This document shows positions 49,153 through 59,415 of a stretch of 64,000 nucleotides of DNA, one piece after another. The DNA is taken from positions 2,240,001 to 2,304,000 of the forward strand of contig OZ252244.1 of NCBI GenBank assembly GCA_965249575.1. Reading direction: 5' to 3'. Made by a program: the position numbers and the translations under genes. This DNA comes from Gemmatimonadales bacterium (GTDB taxonomy: Bacteria > Gemmatimonadota > Gemmatimonadetes > Gemmatimonadales > GWC2-71-9). Within the stretch, counting starts at the first letter, position 1. The number at the start of each line of letters is the position of its first letter. The notes beneath the pieces are model-generated. The model ran no database searches, was not told the origin of the DNA, and saw only the letters and a list, made by a program, of their open reading frames with translations.

Positions 49153-50868
49153 CTAGTACCGCCACCGGTCCGGGTCGTGACCCTCCGGGGCGCTTGCGGC
49201 GATGTGGTCCGCCATTGCCCGTAACATTGCGGCAGCAGGCATCGGCCTCCAGCAATGCCCCTTCATGGGTCGCCCGTAGACGATTTCACCTTCGTAGTAA
49301 GGCTCTGCCGACTCGAGAAACTCTTCAAGTTTGTAGACGGCGAGGTTGAGATAGAACTGGTCCATCTCGCCGACGTACACATGCAGCTTCTCCACGAGGT
49401 CGGGTCCGATCGCGGACCAGTTCTCCCGGACGTGATGTACCAGGTCGTACCCATGATCCCGCATGTAGTCGGCGGCGACCCGGTCGATCGAACCCGTTGC
49501 CTTGTCCCACAACTGCCTAACGTATCCATCGTCGCCCACGGGACCGTAGGCCGCCTCCCATATCCCCAGTTGTTCGCCCGATCGGCCGCGGCTACCCAGG
49601 ACTAGTTCGAACCGGCTCATGTCCCGAGTGGTGATCGTCGGCTGCCCGATCAGGTCGGTGAATCGCCAGTAGTCCCGCATCCAATAGCGCTCGGGCACGA
49701 TCCACTCTCGGTGAAAGCTTGGTACGAACGCCGAAGTGTCCTCGTAGATGTTGATCAAGCCGTATCTCGTAAAGTCGATGGGATCGGGGCAGAGAGCCCA
49801 CGCGCCGCCGAAGAAGGCCGGGTGATGAATCTGCAGTGCCAACGACTCCCAGCCTCCGGTCGATCCGCCGGTTAGCACCCGGGCATACGGTTCTCCAATC
49901 GCTCGAAACTCACGCTCTACGCGGGGAATGAGCTCTTGAATGATGGCGTCACCGTAGGGGCCATTGTTCGCCGAATTGACGGCGTATGAATCGTCGTAGT
50001 ACGGGGTCGGGTGCTGGAACGTCACGCCGATCATGCGGGGGAACCCGGGCGAGGTCCAATGACGGTAGAACTGAAAGCCGGTCTCTCCGTTGTGGTGAAG
50101 GCGCAGCGCCCGTTGCTCGGCCGTTTCGGGGGTACTGTCCGTACGAAAGCCGAGGGGCGGCCGGAGCGAGAAGTGTCCCTGCTGGTAAACCACTGGATAG
50201 GATACCTCGGGGTGGTCGTCGTAGCCCTGCGGCAGCAATACCGTTGCGCCAAGGTAGATTGGGCGACCCCAGAACGCGCTCAACAGATCGCTCTTGAACT
50301 TGATTCGCCTTACCCAATCGTTGTCAGGCGGAATCTCGACTGGGGGAATCACGTCCGTCAGGCTAAGCGCGACATCGTAGCCGGCTTTCGGATCGAGCCG
50401 CAATTCTCGGACGGCGCTGTGCAGATTGCCGGGCGATCGGTTGAATCGCTGTCCCTCCCACTGATCGTCGTGGAGCCATACGACGTGCCCGTCGGACCGG
50501 GGGAACTCAGTGTAGATGTTGACCAACGCCTGAACGAAGTAATCCCCCGAGGGAATGTCGCCCAGGCTCTTAACAGGGTATCCGAGGGTCTTCTCGTCGA
50601 TGACGACTTCTTGGTCGGGTCCGAGTCCCTCGACGTCCTTCCCGAAGAACGGGACGCTAGTCTCCCATGCGCCGGCCTGAAGTCTGGGCTCCGGCTCCCC
50701 GCGTCGGCTGAGCATCAGGAACACTCTGCCGGTGATTGGTTCGCTTCGGGTTGTGGACGGCACCGAGATCCGGAAGCGAAGGGTGGGGTGGTCCGCCTGG
50801 GCGCTTAGGGGGCTGGCGGAAACGACGGCGATCGCGAGAGCCAACTGATACTGCCGCAACCTCTCCAT
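49153..50868 (-). CDS. Secreted alpha/beta-hydrolase (esterase family) with N-terminal beta domain
   Basis: Signal peptide; LLPQGY, NSANNGPYG, GGSTGGW nucleophile elbow, GEMD, GH. Confidence 0.8.
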   Translation of the reverse strand: MERLRQYQLALAIAVVSASPLSAQADHPTLRFRISVPSTTRSEPITGRVFLMLSRRGEPEPRLQAGAWETSVPFFGKDVEGLGPDQEVVIDEKTLGYPVKSLGDIPSGDYFVQALVNIYTEFPRSDGHVVWLHDDQWEGQRFNRSPGNLHSAVRELRLDPKAGYDVALSLTDVIPPVEIPPDNDWVRRIKFKSDLLSAFWGRPIYLGATVLLPQGYDDHPEVSYPVVYQQGHFSLRPPLGFRTDSTPETAEQRALRLHHNGETGFQFYRHWTSPGFPRMIGVTFQHPTPYYDDSYAVNSANNGPYGDAIIQELIPRVEREFRAIGEPYARVLTGGSTGGWESLALQIHHPAFFGGAWALCPDPIDFTRYGLINIYEDTSAFVPSFHREWIVPERYWMRDYWRFTDLIGQPTITTRDMSRFELVLGSRGRSGEQLGIWEAAYGPVGDDGYVRQLWDKATGSIDRVAADYMRDHGYDLVHHVRENWSAIGPDLVEKLHVYVGEMDQFYLNLAVYKLEEFLESAEPYYEGEIVYGRPMKGHCWRPMPAAAMLRAMADHIAASAPEGHDPDRWRY

Positions 50869-51002
50869 ACTTCCCTCGTGGGTTCGGAGTGGGTGGGTTT
50901 CGGCGGGCCGCCCGCCTCGGCGCCGGCAAGTCCCCGAATGAAAGGGGTGAGGACCGCGGCCGGCGCTTAGGGGGGACTGGTTATCGACCGCGCGTACCGG
51001 GT

Positions 51003-52301
51003 TCATCCCACCCGCCGGGTCTTGCGCCGCATGAAGTCCATGAGGATGAACTGACCCAGGGTCATCGTATTGGTGAAGTACGCTTTTCCCCTGGATATTT
51101 CCGAGACTTTCTTGACGAATTCTATCAGCGAGCGGTCGCGGGCCAGCATGAACGTATTAATCATGATGCCGCTGCGTTTCGCGATCGCGACCTCGCGGTA
51201 CGTAGCCGACAGGATCCTCGGATCGAGCCCCATCGAATTGACGTAAATGCGGCCGTCGGGCATGGTGAGTGCCGACGGTTTCCCGTCGGTGATCATGATG
51301 ATCTGCCGCATGTCCTTTTTTTGCGCCAGCAACAGGCGCCGCGCGAGTTTGAGCCCCTCCGCCGTGTTCGTATGGTACGGTCCCACTTGCGCGTGGGTGA
51401 GCCGTCCAAGGGGAATTTCCTCCGCAGAGTCGTGAAAGAGCACTACCCGCAGACTATCGCCCGGGTATTGCGTTCGGATCAGGTGGGTGAGCGCCAGCGC
51501 CACTTTCTTGGCCGGCGTGAACCGGTCTTCACCGTACAGGATCATCGAGTGAGAGCAGTCGAGTAACAGTACCGTCGCGGCGCTCGAGCGGTACTCAGCC
51601 TGATACACCATGAGATCGCGGTAATCCAAATCGATCGGCACGCTCACGCCGACCCTTCGCATCGCGTTCGAAAGTGTGGCGTTGACGTCTAGATTCAGCG
51701 TGTCGCCGAATTCGTAGGGTTTCGAGACGGCCTCCGCCTCCACGCCCGTCGCGAGGTATGGAGTGTCGTGACTCCCAAAGCTCGAACGGCCGACACTTCC
51801 TAGGAGGTGCCGAAGTGCCCGATACCCCAGGAAGTCGACTCCCTTCTCCGTGAGATTGAATTCCACGTGCTGGGCTGCACTGTGGGCCTGGCCGCCCGGC
51901 CCGAGGAGTGGCTGGTGGCCGCTCGGCATCTGTGGTGCCTGCTCGGCGCTCAGGTAGCCTTGGTCGATGAGCTCCTGTACGATTTCATCGAGTAGCTGCG
52001 CGAGATCGTGCTCGATTTCGGCGTCGCGCTCCGGATCGCCGGTGGTGTCGCCGCGCAATACCTTGAGCATCTCGTCCGAGAGCTTGCCGGACTCCATGAG
52101 CGCTCGAACGATGGCCTCCCGCAGGGCATCGACAGAGCGGTCGCCTTCCTCCTCTCCGAACTCACCCCAGTAGGGGTGATACATCGGACCCCCCGCAAAA
52201 CCCGACTGCAGGAGGAAGTCACTGAGTTGATCGAGGAGATCCTGGAGATTGATGGCGTCCAGGAGTCCCGGAATGTGTTTCGAGTAGGTGGTGTATCGCA
52301 T
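51003..52301 (-). CDS. VWA-domain protein
   Basis: MIDAS DCSHSM, HTNT, ITDGKPS. Confidence 0.9.
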   Translation of the reverse strand: MRYTTYSKHIPGLLDAINLQDLLDQLSDFLLQSGFAGGPMYHPYWGEFGEEEGDRSVDALREAIVRALMESGKLSDEMLKVLRGDTTGDPERDAEIEHDLAQLLDEIVQELIDQGYLSAEQAPQMPSGHQPLLGPGGQAHSAAQHVEFNLTEKGVDFLGYRALRHLLGSVGRSSFGSHDTPYLATGVEAEAVSKPYEFGDTLNLDVNATLSNAMRRVGVSVPIDLDYRDLMVYQAEYRSSAATVLLLDCSHSMILYGEDRFTPAKKVALALTHLIRTQYPGDSLRVVLFHDSAEEIPLGRLTHAQVGPYHTNTAEGLKLARRLLLAQKKDMRQIIMITDGKPSALTMPDGRIYVNSMGLDPRILSATYREVAIAKRSGIMINTFMLARDRSLIEFVKKVSEISRGKAYFTNTMTLGQFILMDFMRRKTRRVG

Positions 52302-52444
52302 CGATTGGTCCGTTCCTTGTTCAAAACTTGCAGTGTTGTCATTGTTCCCGCAATGATTTGGCGTGAAAGCAGCCCGTGTGGCGACGATGGATTCCCGCGT
52401 CCGGAGCGGGCCGGCCGGCCGGCCGGCCCGATTGTGCCCGCGGC

Positions 52445-53719
52445 GTGACGCCCTCGGAGCACCGGTCGCCGCCATCTCCTCCGCCGCAGGATACGAGTCT
52501 CAAGCGTCGGCCCCCGCACACGTTCAGTGCTCTCCGGCATCGCAATTTTCTCCTGTTCTTTTCAGGCCATCTCATATCCCTCGTCGGGACGTGGATGCAG
52601 ATCGTCGCCCAGTCGTGGCTCGTCTTCATCTTGACGGACTCCGCCTTTTACGTTGGGCTGGTCGACGCGCTGGAATCGATTCCGATCTTGGCTCTCTCAC
52701 TCTACGGGGGCGTCATCGCCGATCGAATCCCGAAACGCCGGCTGATCGCTATCACCCAATCGTGTTCGATGGTCCTGGCCTTTGTGTTGGCGGCGATCGT
52801 GTTGGCCGATGTGGCCACGGTTGGCCAGGTCATGGTCATCGCGACGCTGCACGGCGTGGTCAATGCGTTCGACTTCCCGGCCCGACAAGCCCTCTACAGC
52901 GAGGTGGTGAGCCGCGACGATCTTATGAACGCGATCGCCCTCAATGCGTCGGCGTTTAACGCCTCACGGATTGTCGGCCCGGCGATCGCCGGGGCTGTGA
53001 TCGGCCTCTTCGGCGTGGCGGCGTGCTTTCTCGTCAACGGGGTTTCGTATGTCGCGGTGCTCGTTGGACTCTTCTCGATGCGCGTGCCGGCGGAGGGCAG
53101 CGCGGAGGCGGGGCCTTCTGCGTGGTCCAGGATTCGCGCGGGCTTGCGCCACATTGCCGCTGACACTCGGATGAGAACCCTCTTCTTCGCCCTTGCGGTC
53201 GTCAGCGTCTTCGGCAGGCCGCTCCTCGTACTCCTTCCCATTGTCGCGAAGAGCGTCCTGGGCCGAGGTGCCGCGGAGTACGGCTGGATGATGTCTTCGG
53301 TTGGCATTGGCGCGGTCGCTGGGGGCCTGGCCGTCGCGACGTTCGCCGGTCGCATCCCTAAGGGACGTGTGGTCGCGTGGTCTGCGTCCGCGTTCGGACT
53401 CCTGCTCATCATGCTGTCGTTGGTTCGGACCCTCCCGCTGGCGCTCGTGTTGCTCGCGGCTTGGGGATGCACGATGAGTTTGAACGGCTCGATTGCCAAT
53501 ACGCTCCTGCAGACGATGTCGCCCGATGCATTGAGAGGACGGGTGATGTCAGTCTATACCTTCGTGGTGATGGGGCTCGCGCCGCTCGGCGCGCTTCAGG
53601 CGGGCGCGATTGCCGAGACGCTCGGCGCGCCCGTGGCGATGGCGATCGGTGGGACTTGCTGTATGCTGTTTGCCGGATTGGTGCTGCTCAGGTCACCGAA
53701 GCTGAGCCAAACGCGGTGA
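52445..53719 (+). CDS. MFS transporter (DHA3/EntS-like)
   Basis: LISLVGTWMQ, GGVIADRIPKRR, GPAIAG, RGRVMS; ~12 TM; start uncertain. Confidence 0.92.
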   Translation: MTPSEHRSPPSPPPQDTSLKRRPPHTFSALRHRNFLLFFSGHLISLVGTWMQIVAQSWLVFILTDSAFYVGLVDALESIPILALSLYGGVIADRIPKRRLIAITQSCSMVLAFVLAAIVLADVATVGQVMVIATLHGVVNAFDFPARQALYSEVVSRDDLMNAIALNASAFNASRIVGPAIAGAVIGLFGVAACFLVNGVSYVAVLVGLFSMRVPAEGSAEAGPSAWSRIRAGLRHIAADTRMRTLFFALAVVSVFGRPLLVLLPIVAKSVLGRGAAEYGWMMSSVGIGAVAGGLAVATFAGRIPKGRVVAWSASAFGLLLIMLSLVRTLPLALVLLAAWGCTMSLNGSIANTLLQTMSPDALRGRVMSVYTFVVMGLAPLGALQAGAIAETLGAPVAMAIGGTCCMLFAGLVLLRSPKLSQTR

Positions 53720-53729
53720 GGGGTACGGG

Positions 53730-54362
53730 CTACTGCCAGCCCCGCATCCGTGCGGCGGAGACGATGAGGCTCGCGATGTCCTCGAAGCCGAAGGCGTCGC
53801 TGTTGAATACCAGGTGATAGTTGGCTGGGTCGTCCCAGGACCGGTGGTAATGCGTCTTCACGTACCGCCGCCGTCCTTCATCGAGCTCGTCGACGGTCCG
53901 TTCCGCTTCCTTGCGGTTGAGGTGTAGCCGGTCGATCGTGCGCTGAATGCGCACCTCCCGGGGGGCCACGACGCGTACGTGCAGCGTGCCACTCCGCTCC
54001 CCGAGGTGTGCTTGGGCCCCACGGCCGACGAGTACGACGTGGTCGTGCTGCACGGCCTCGTTGATGACGACCCCGGTGACTCGGACCAGGTCGTCCTCTG
54101 CCGGTGGGGCGGCTACGGTTGCCTCACCGGTCGCAACGAAGACTTCGGGTGACGAGAGAGCCAGCGCGCGCGCCAACCGCTCCACAAGGCCAGGAACTCG
54201 CTCCTCCCGTCGCTCCACCTCGTCCGGCGCCAGGCCGGCGCGCTTAGCGACGAGGTCGACGAACTCGTTGTCGATCGGCGTCCAGCCCAGCTGACTGGCC
54301 ACCAGCTTTGCTATCTCCGACCCCCCCGAAGCGTACTGCCGCGACACGGTGATCACGGGCAT
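53730..54362 (-). CDS. Cytidylate kinase-like family protein
   Basis: ITVSRQYASGGSEIA, VLVGRGA, DPANYHLVFN. Confidence 0.88.
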   Translation of the reverse strand: MPVITVSRQYASGGSEIAKLVASQLGWTPIDNEFVDLVAKRAGLAPDEVERREERVPGLVERLARALALSSPEVFVATGEATVAAPPAEDDLVRVTGVVINEAVQHDHVVLVGRGAQAHLGERSGTLHVRVVAPREVRIQRTIDRLHLNRKEAERTVDELDEGRRRYVKTHYHRSWDDPANYHLVFNSDAFGFEDIASLIVSAARMRGWQ

Positions 54363-54373
54363 CTCGCACCTTC

Positions 54374-55852
54374 TCAGCTGAGGAGATTTGGCCCCGTTGG
54401 CCCCTGCCCCTTCCCGTAGGGCGGCGGTCGCTCGGCGCGCGCGCGGGCGTAGCCGAGCTCCTCGCTGCGCGAGAGGCGCTTCTGAGACACCAGGCCTTCG
54501 AGCACCAGCTCGCAAGCCGAGACGAGCGCGCCGGGGTCCTTGCGGGGCGCGAGGCCCACGCGCTCGATTAAGTCGAGCAGGTCTGGGACGGTGGCGAACC
54601 CCTTGAGGCACACGTCGGACCGTTCGTGTTGGGACACCTTGAGTGCCCCGCCTCCGTCAAACCACTGAACGATGGCGTCGCAGTCCGCGCCGCCCGCGAG
54701 ATTCTCGAACGTCTTACCGGCGGCTCGCCGGACCAGATCCTTCGCGACCGTTTCCGCGCCTTGCAGCTCTCCCTCGTATTCGAGCTCGATCTTCCCCGTG
54801 ATGGAAGGCAGGGCCGCGTACACGTCGGACACCCGGGGCACCACCCGCTTCTCGCGTCGGAGAAGGGCTCGTTGTTCCGCACTGGAAACGGCGTTCTCGA
54901 GCACGCTGATCGGAAGCCGTTGGCTTACCCCCGAGCGGCCGTCGATCCGTTTGTCTTGACGCGCCTCGATGGCGATCCGCTCGATCAGCTCCCGAAGGAA
55001 GGCCGGGATCCCCAGCAGCCGCCCATTGCGCTCGAGCCACGCCTCCTGCGCCGTGATGGCGATCCCGTGATCCAATGTCGGGGGGTAGTGCGTGAGGATC
55101 TCACTGCCGATTCGATCCTTGAGCGGGGTGATGATCTTGCCCCTGGCGGTGTAGTCTTCGGGATTGGCGGAAAACACCAGCGCTACGTCCAGGGGAAGCC
55201 GAATGGGGTATCCCTTGATCTGGATATCTCCCTCCTGGAGGATATTGAACAGCCCGACCTGGATTTTCCCGGCTAGGTCCGGAAGCTCATTGAGGGCGAA
55301 GACGCCGCGATTGCTCCGCGGGAGGAGCCCATAGTGCATCGTCAACTCGTCCGACAGAAGATGCCCCCCACGCGCCGCTCTGATCGGGTCAACATCCCCG
55401 ATCATGTCGGCGATCGTGACATCGGGAGTCGCCATTTTTTCGACGTACCGCTCGTCCCGGCGCGCCCAGGCAATCGGCAAGTCTTCTCCCATCTCCTCGT
55501 ATCGCTGCCGCCCGAACTTCGAGATCGGGTGGAAGGGATTGTCGTTCACCTCACTGCCGGCGATGATGGGCATCTCCTCGTCGAGGAGGTTGACGAGCGC
55601 CCGCAGGATGCGGCTTTTCGCTTGCCCACGTAGCCCCAACAAAATGAAGTTGTGCCGCGCCAGCACCGCGTTGACTATCTGTGGAATTACCGTCTCTTCA
55701 AACCCGATGATCCCTGGAAACACTTCCCGCTCGGCATCGAGATAGCAGATGAGATTCTCTCGCATTTCGTCCTTGACGGAGCGAGTGTGCCGCGCCGGGT
55801 CTCCCCATTCCGTTTGCCGGAGGTCACCGAGGGTTGATGGTTGGGTCTTCAT
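54374..55852 (-). CDS. Magnesium chelatase-like AAA+ ATPase
   Basis: GLRGQAKSR, ALNELPDL, SANPEDYTARGKIITPLKDR. Confidence 0.9.
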   Translation of the reverse strand: MKTQPSTLGDLRQTEWGDPARHTRSVKDEMRENLICYLDAEREVFPGIIGFEETVIPQIVNAVLARHNFILLGLRGQAKSRILRALVNLLDEEMPIIAGSEVNDNPFHPISKFGRQRYEEMGEDLPIAWARRDERYVEKMATPDVTIADMIGDVDPIRAARGGHLLSDELTMHYGLLPRSNRGVFALNELPDLAGKIQVGLFNILQEGDIQIKGYPIRLPLDVALVFSANPEDYTARGKIITPLKDRIGSEILTHYPPTLDHGIAITAQEAWLERNGRLLGIPAFLRELIERIAIEARQDKRIDGRSGVSQRLPISVLENAVSSAEQRALLRREKRVVPRVSDVYAALPSITGKIELEYEGELQGAETVAKDLVRRAAGKTFENLAGGADCDAIVQWFDGGGALKVSQHERSDVCLKGFATVPDLLDLIERVGLAPRKDPGALVSACELVLEGLVSQKRLSRSEELGYARARAERPPPYGKGQGPTGPNLLS

Positions 55853-55949
55853 GAAGTCTTCCTAGAACGGGCTACGTGAATCGCCACTCACCGCGCGAGG
55901 ATACACTGCGCGGGCTGCATTCACCGATACCCCAATTAACTCAACGCGT

Positions 55950-58274
55950 TCATTCCACAGCAAGTGTGACGTCGTGTAGCCGAACGGCGGCGACCCCGCG
56001 AGCGCGCAGCGGCACAACGACCCCCCGACCACGAATGAGCGGCAACTCCGCGAGCACGCGGTCCCGGAAGTCGACGAGCGAGGCAGCACGGAATCCCAGC
56101 ACCCCCATGCCGACGGTCGCATCGCGAGCGACCCCCAAGACCTCTTGGAGATACAGGGTCGCGTTGTTACTGGGGTCTGCCGTACGCAGTCCAAGCACGA
56201 CCACGCCCGGCTGATCGACAATCAAGAGCGAGCCAAAGCTCGGGAGGGCAGCCGGCCCGTCCCCGGGGACGGGGGCGGAAACAAGCGGTTCGGCACTCCA
56301 CCCGAATCGCCACGGATCGGCGTCGAACGCTCCGGTGCGTGCGATGGCGATTCGATATCGCGACCGCCCGCGAGGGGCAAAACTGATCAGGGTCCCATCA
56401 GTCCGGACTGCTGCCTGGGGGGCGTCGAGGCCTCGGACGAGCACTGTCCGCTCCTGGGATGCGAGCCGAATCCAGCGCAGATGTGTCAGCGCGGGGATCG
56501 GCGCGGGGCCCCCGTCCGTGCCGGCCGGTACCTCCCACGCGACGTCTGGATTCTCCACTGCAAACGCGAATCCGTACTCCATCGCGCTCTGCCCCGAGGC
56601 TCGGGCCTCGACCGTGACATCGATCCAAGGGAGATCGTCATACAGAGTCAGCGTTGAACGAACCCCGCCACGTGGGGACGACCGCTCCGCGACGAGTTGA
56701 ATACCAATGCCCGGAAGCCACTGCTTTTCTACCGCTTCGAGCCGGGCGCCATCTATGTGGATCACTCCGTTCGAGTCCGGGCGCACGAGTTCCGTCCGAT
56801 CGAAACGATTGGTGAGCGAGCGAACGGCACCCGTTCGATCATCGAGTGCCAACCGAAAGTAGCGTCCGTCCATCACGCTGACTCCCGTGGCTGACGCCGC
56901 TTCCGGTCGCTCTGGCCGATGGTCTCGGGGGAGACACACGTACCCGAGCGCCGGCACATCGGTGACGATTCTCCTGCTTCCACCCGGCGCAACCGCAACG
57001 TCGGTTCGAGGAAACGGACTAGTGTTGAAGAAGAGGGTCGCGGGAACCGGGAACGCAAATTGGGCGGCCACCGCGTCGAGTCCCTGGGCGCTCGTCGAAC
57101 TAAGACGGTCGGCCAGGAGTGCGACTGCGGCCTGGGTACGGCCCCTCCGCTGCTCGGCACGGGCATTCGAGAAGCGAGTCAGGGCCGGCAGTGACGTTAC
57201 CTCGAGGTCGCGTGTCCCCTGCGGACGGACCGATATGTCCGGGCCGTATTGTGTCGCGATCCCTTGCAGCAGGCTCTCCGCATCGCCCAGGAGTATGCGC
57301 GGATAGGCGTACCGCTCGTTCCACGCTGCAAGCGAGCGCCGCACGGCCGCTGTCATTTCGGCCGCATGCTCGCCCAGCACCAAAGCGCCTCGGGACGGAT
57401 AAGTGGGAGAAAGAAGCGCGGGCTCTGATGTCAGCCATCGCTCGACGCGGCGGGCCATTTCGTTTACGTCGTCACCAAAGCCTAACGATCCGGGAGTGGC
57501 GGAGGGCCCGACGCTCGCCTGAAGGATTCGCGACCCGTCCGGAGACGGTATCCACTCGAACCCCATCCCCGATGGCAATCGACGCACCAGATAGCGCACA
57601 CCGCTTCCGGCCAACATTAGGCCGGTTGTACTTACTCGATCGGCAATACCCTGGCGATCGAGGACGATCGTTCCGGCAAAGAGTCCGTATGGGTTTCCGA
57701 CACTCCGCGCGCTCTCGCACAGGGAGAGAAACTCGACGTGGTCGAGATGCTCGGGCGCCTCCGTCGCGGCCAACACGTTGCCCCTTACACCGGCCCGAAG
57801 AAGTGCGGCGGCGCGCGCTCCCTCCAGCTGCAAGGGTACGCGACTCAGGTCCCGCGACAATTCCCGGGCATCAGCGAGGGTCACCAGATAGAGCGTCCAG
57901 CGTGGACGCTCACGAAGGTGGTGTTCCGAGCGAACCACCCCCCGTCGGCCGGGGATTTCGAGATGGGTGAGGACGGCCATCCCGTCTTCGACACGCAGCC
58001 AGAGTTCGCCGTACAGCGTGCTGCCAACCGAGATGACACCCGCCGTGCCGAGTAGTCGCTGGCGGCGGTCATATACTCTGAGTCGTCCTGCTGGAGCATC
58101 GGTGCCCGACACTGAGAAGCGGACTAGCGTGTTCTCCCCGTCGGGTGGGGCGTAGAAGACGGTGGCTGTCGCCTCGACCTGGGGAGCGCCGGGGCGGAGA
58201 CGCCGCCCACCCACGGGTGCCAGCGCCCCGCCGGCGCCCACCAGAGTGGCAAGAAAGCCCCTGCGGTCGGTCAT
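55950..58274 (-). CDS. Tat-exported protein, degenerate GH38 (alpha-mannosidase)-like architecture
   Basis: DRRGFL twin-Arg signal; WNERYAYP, FFNTSPFPRTDV, LDDRTGAVRSL, LYDDLPWIDV. Confidence 0.6.
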   Translation of the reverse strand: MTDRRGFLATLVGAGGALAPVGGRRLRPGAPQVEATATVFYAPPDGENTLVRFSVSGTDAPAGRLRVYDRRQRLLGTAGVISVGSTLYGELWLRVEDGMAVLTHLEIPGRRGVVRSEHHLRERPRWTLYLVTLADARELSRDLSRVPLQLEGARAAALLRAGVRGNVLAATEAPEHLDHVEFLSLCESARSVGNPYGLFAGTIVLDRQGIADRVSTTGLMLAGSGVRYLVRRLPSGMGFEWIPSPDGSRILQASVGPSATPGSLGFGDDVNEMARRVERWLTSEPALLSPTYPSRGALVLGEHAAEMTAAVRRSLAAWNERYAYPRILLGDAESLLQGIATQYGPDISVRPQGTRDLEVTSLPALTRFSNARAEQRRGRTQAAVALLADRLSSTSAQGLDAVAAQFAFPVPATLFFNTSPFPRTDVAVAPGGSRRIVTDVPALGYVCLPRDHRPERPEAASATGVSVMDGRYFRLALDDRTGAVRSLTNRFDRTELVRPDSNGVIHIDGARLEAVEKQWLPGIGIQLVAERSSPRGGVRSTLTLYDDLPWIDVTVEARASGQSAMEYGFAFAVENPDVAWEVPAGTDGGPAPIPALTHLRWIRLASQERTVLVRGLDAPQAAVRTDGTLISFAPRGRSRYRIAIARTGAFDADPWRFGWSAEPLVSAPVPGDGPAALPSFGSLLIVDQPGVVVLGLRTADPSNNATLYLQEVLGVARDATVGMGVLGFRAASLVDFRDRVLAELPLIRGRGVVVPLRARGVAAVRLHDVTLAVE

Positions 58275-58343
58275 TGTCGCCCTAAAGTCTCGCGTTTGGG
58301 ACGATTCGCGTCGATGAGAGCCGAAAGGCGGGTTTCTGGTGGA

Positions 58344-59354
58344 CTAGTTGTCGAACGTGAACGGAAGTTCGATCACCTTTGCTTCAACGCCGGCCGCCCA
58401 GACCGCCTTGCTTCGGTCGACCTCCCGGCGGATCATGCTCAGTCCGATGTACTCCTCGTTCGGCGCGAGCCAAGCGATGCTTGTCACGCGACCGACCTGC
58501 CGGTCGCCTTGGCGGACATCCGTGCGTCCGAGGTCAGGCGCATCTTCCCAGGTGAGCCCCGTCAAAAGCCGGTTTGGATGACCGCGGAAGTGCACCCGGG
58601 CCACGGTTTCCTGTCCGGTATAACAACCTTTGGTATAGGAGACACCATTGATTTGATCGAACCGCACCTCTTGGGGCAATGTCTTGCGATCGATCTCCGC
58701 GCCCAAGCGTGGCCAACCAGCGAGAATGCGGCCTGTCTCCAGCGTGCCGGAGGTTCCCGATACCGCGCCGGCGTCTTCCAGACGCGCGCGCATTGACACG
58801 GCGGCCTCGCCATGCAGTGCCAACGCCAACCCGAAGGGAGCCCCCTCCAATGGGCGCGCCACCAGACTGCTAGCGTGTCCCTCCAAGCCGACCGTCACCC
58901 GCCCCGGGGCCGGCGGCTCGATCCCCGCGGCGGCCGCGACGTCGAGCGCGGACGGGCCGGCCAGCCACACTACGTCGGTCCGCTCCGGGCGCTCGCTGAC
59001 GCGCGCGAGCCTCGGCGGCAAGGTACGCCTGAAAATGTCCAGCAAGGGCTCCTTCCCCTGAGTCGGGACGAACAGCGTCACCGAGCTGCCGATCCGGGCG
59101 GTCCACACATCCGTGACGATCATGCCCTTGGGCGTGAGTACCGCGCCGTATACGAGCGCGCCCTCGCCGGGCCCCTCGAGGTCGTTGGTCAGGAGGCCCT
59201 GAATACACGTCACCGCCCCGGGCCCGCGTACATCGAGTACCTCGGCGTCCGGCTTGCCAACGACCGCTCCCATCATGAGCGCCTCGACCTGAGAGGAAGG
59301 GACGTCGTGAGGGGCAACGATTAGGGCGGATGCAGATTTCGCGCTTTCGGTCAT
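58344..59354 (-). CDS. ygfZ: YgfZ/GcvT-family folate-binding protein
   Basis: Signature KGCYTGQE; QGLLTND; LPQEV. Confidence 0.92.
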   Translation of the reverse strand: MTESAKSASALIVAPHDVPSSQVEALMMGAVVGKPDAEVLDVRGPGAVTCIQGLLTNDLEGPGEGALVYGAVLTPKGMIVTDVWTARIGSSVTLFVPTQGKEPLLDIFRRTLPPRLARVSERPERTDVVWLAGPSALDVAAAAGIEPPAPGRVTVGLEGHASSLVARPLEGAPFGLALALHGEAAVSMRARLEDAGAVSGTSGTLETGRILAGWPRLGAEIDRKTLPQEVRFDQINGVSYTKGCYTGQETVARVHFRGHPNRLLTGLTWEDAPDLGRTDVRQGDRQVGRVTSIAWLAPNEEYIGLSMIRREVDRSKAVWAAGVEAKVIELPFTFDN

Positions 59355-59415
59355 GCAAATTCGAGAGTAGCTCCCACCGCGACCTCCGGCAAGGGACGGC
59401 GCGACAAAGCCGTTT

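Noticed and set aside
48895..49224. 109-aa plus-strand ORF upstream of sucA
   Set aside because: No recognisable motif or RBS; overlaps the likely sucA promoter region and the esterase 3' end.
50800..50974. 13-nt direct repeat GGCGCTTAGGGGG (two copies)
   Set aside because: Only two copies, one inside coding sequence, with no mobile-element context; plausibly chance.
52356..52372. GG-N10-GC motif upstream of the MFS gene
   Set aside because: The -12 element (CAGC) is too far from the sigma54 consensus.
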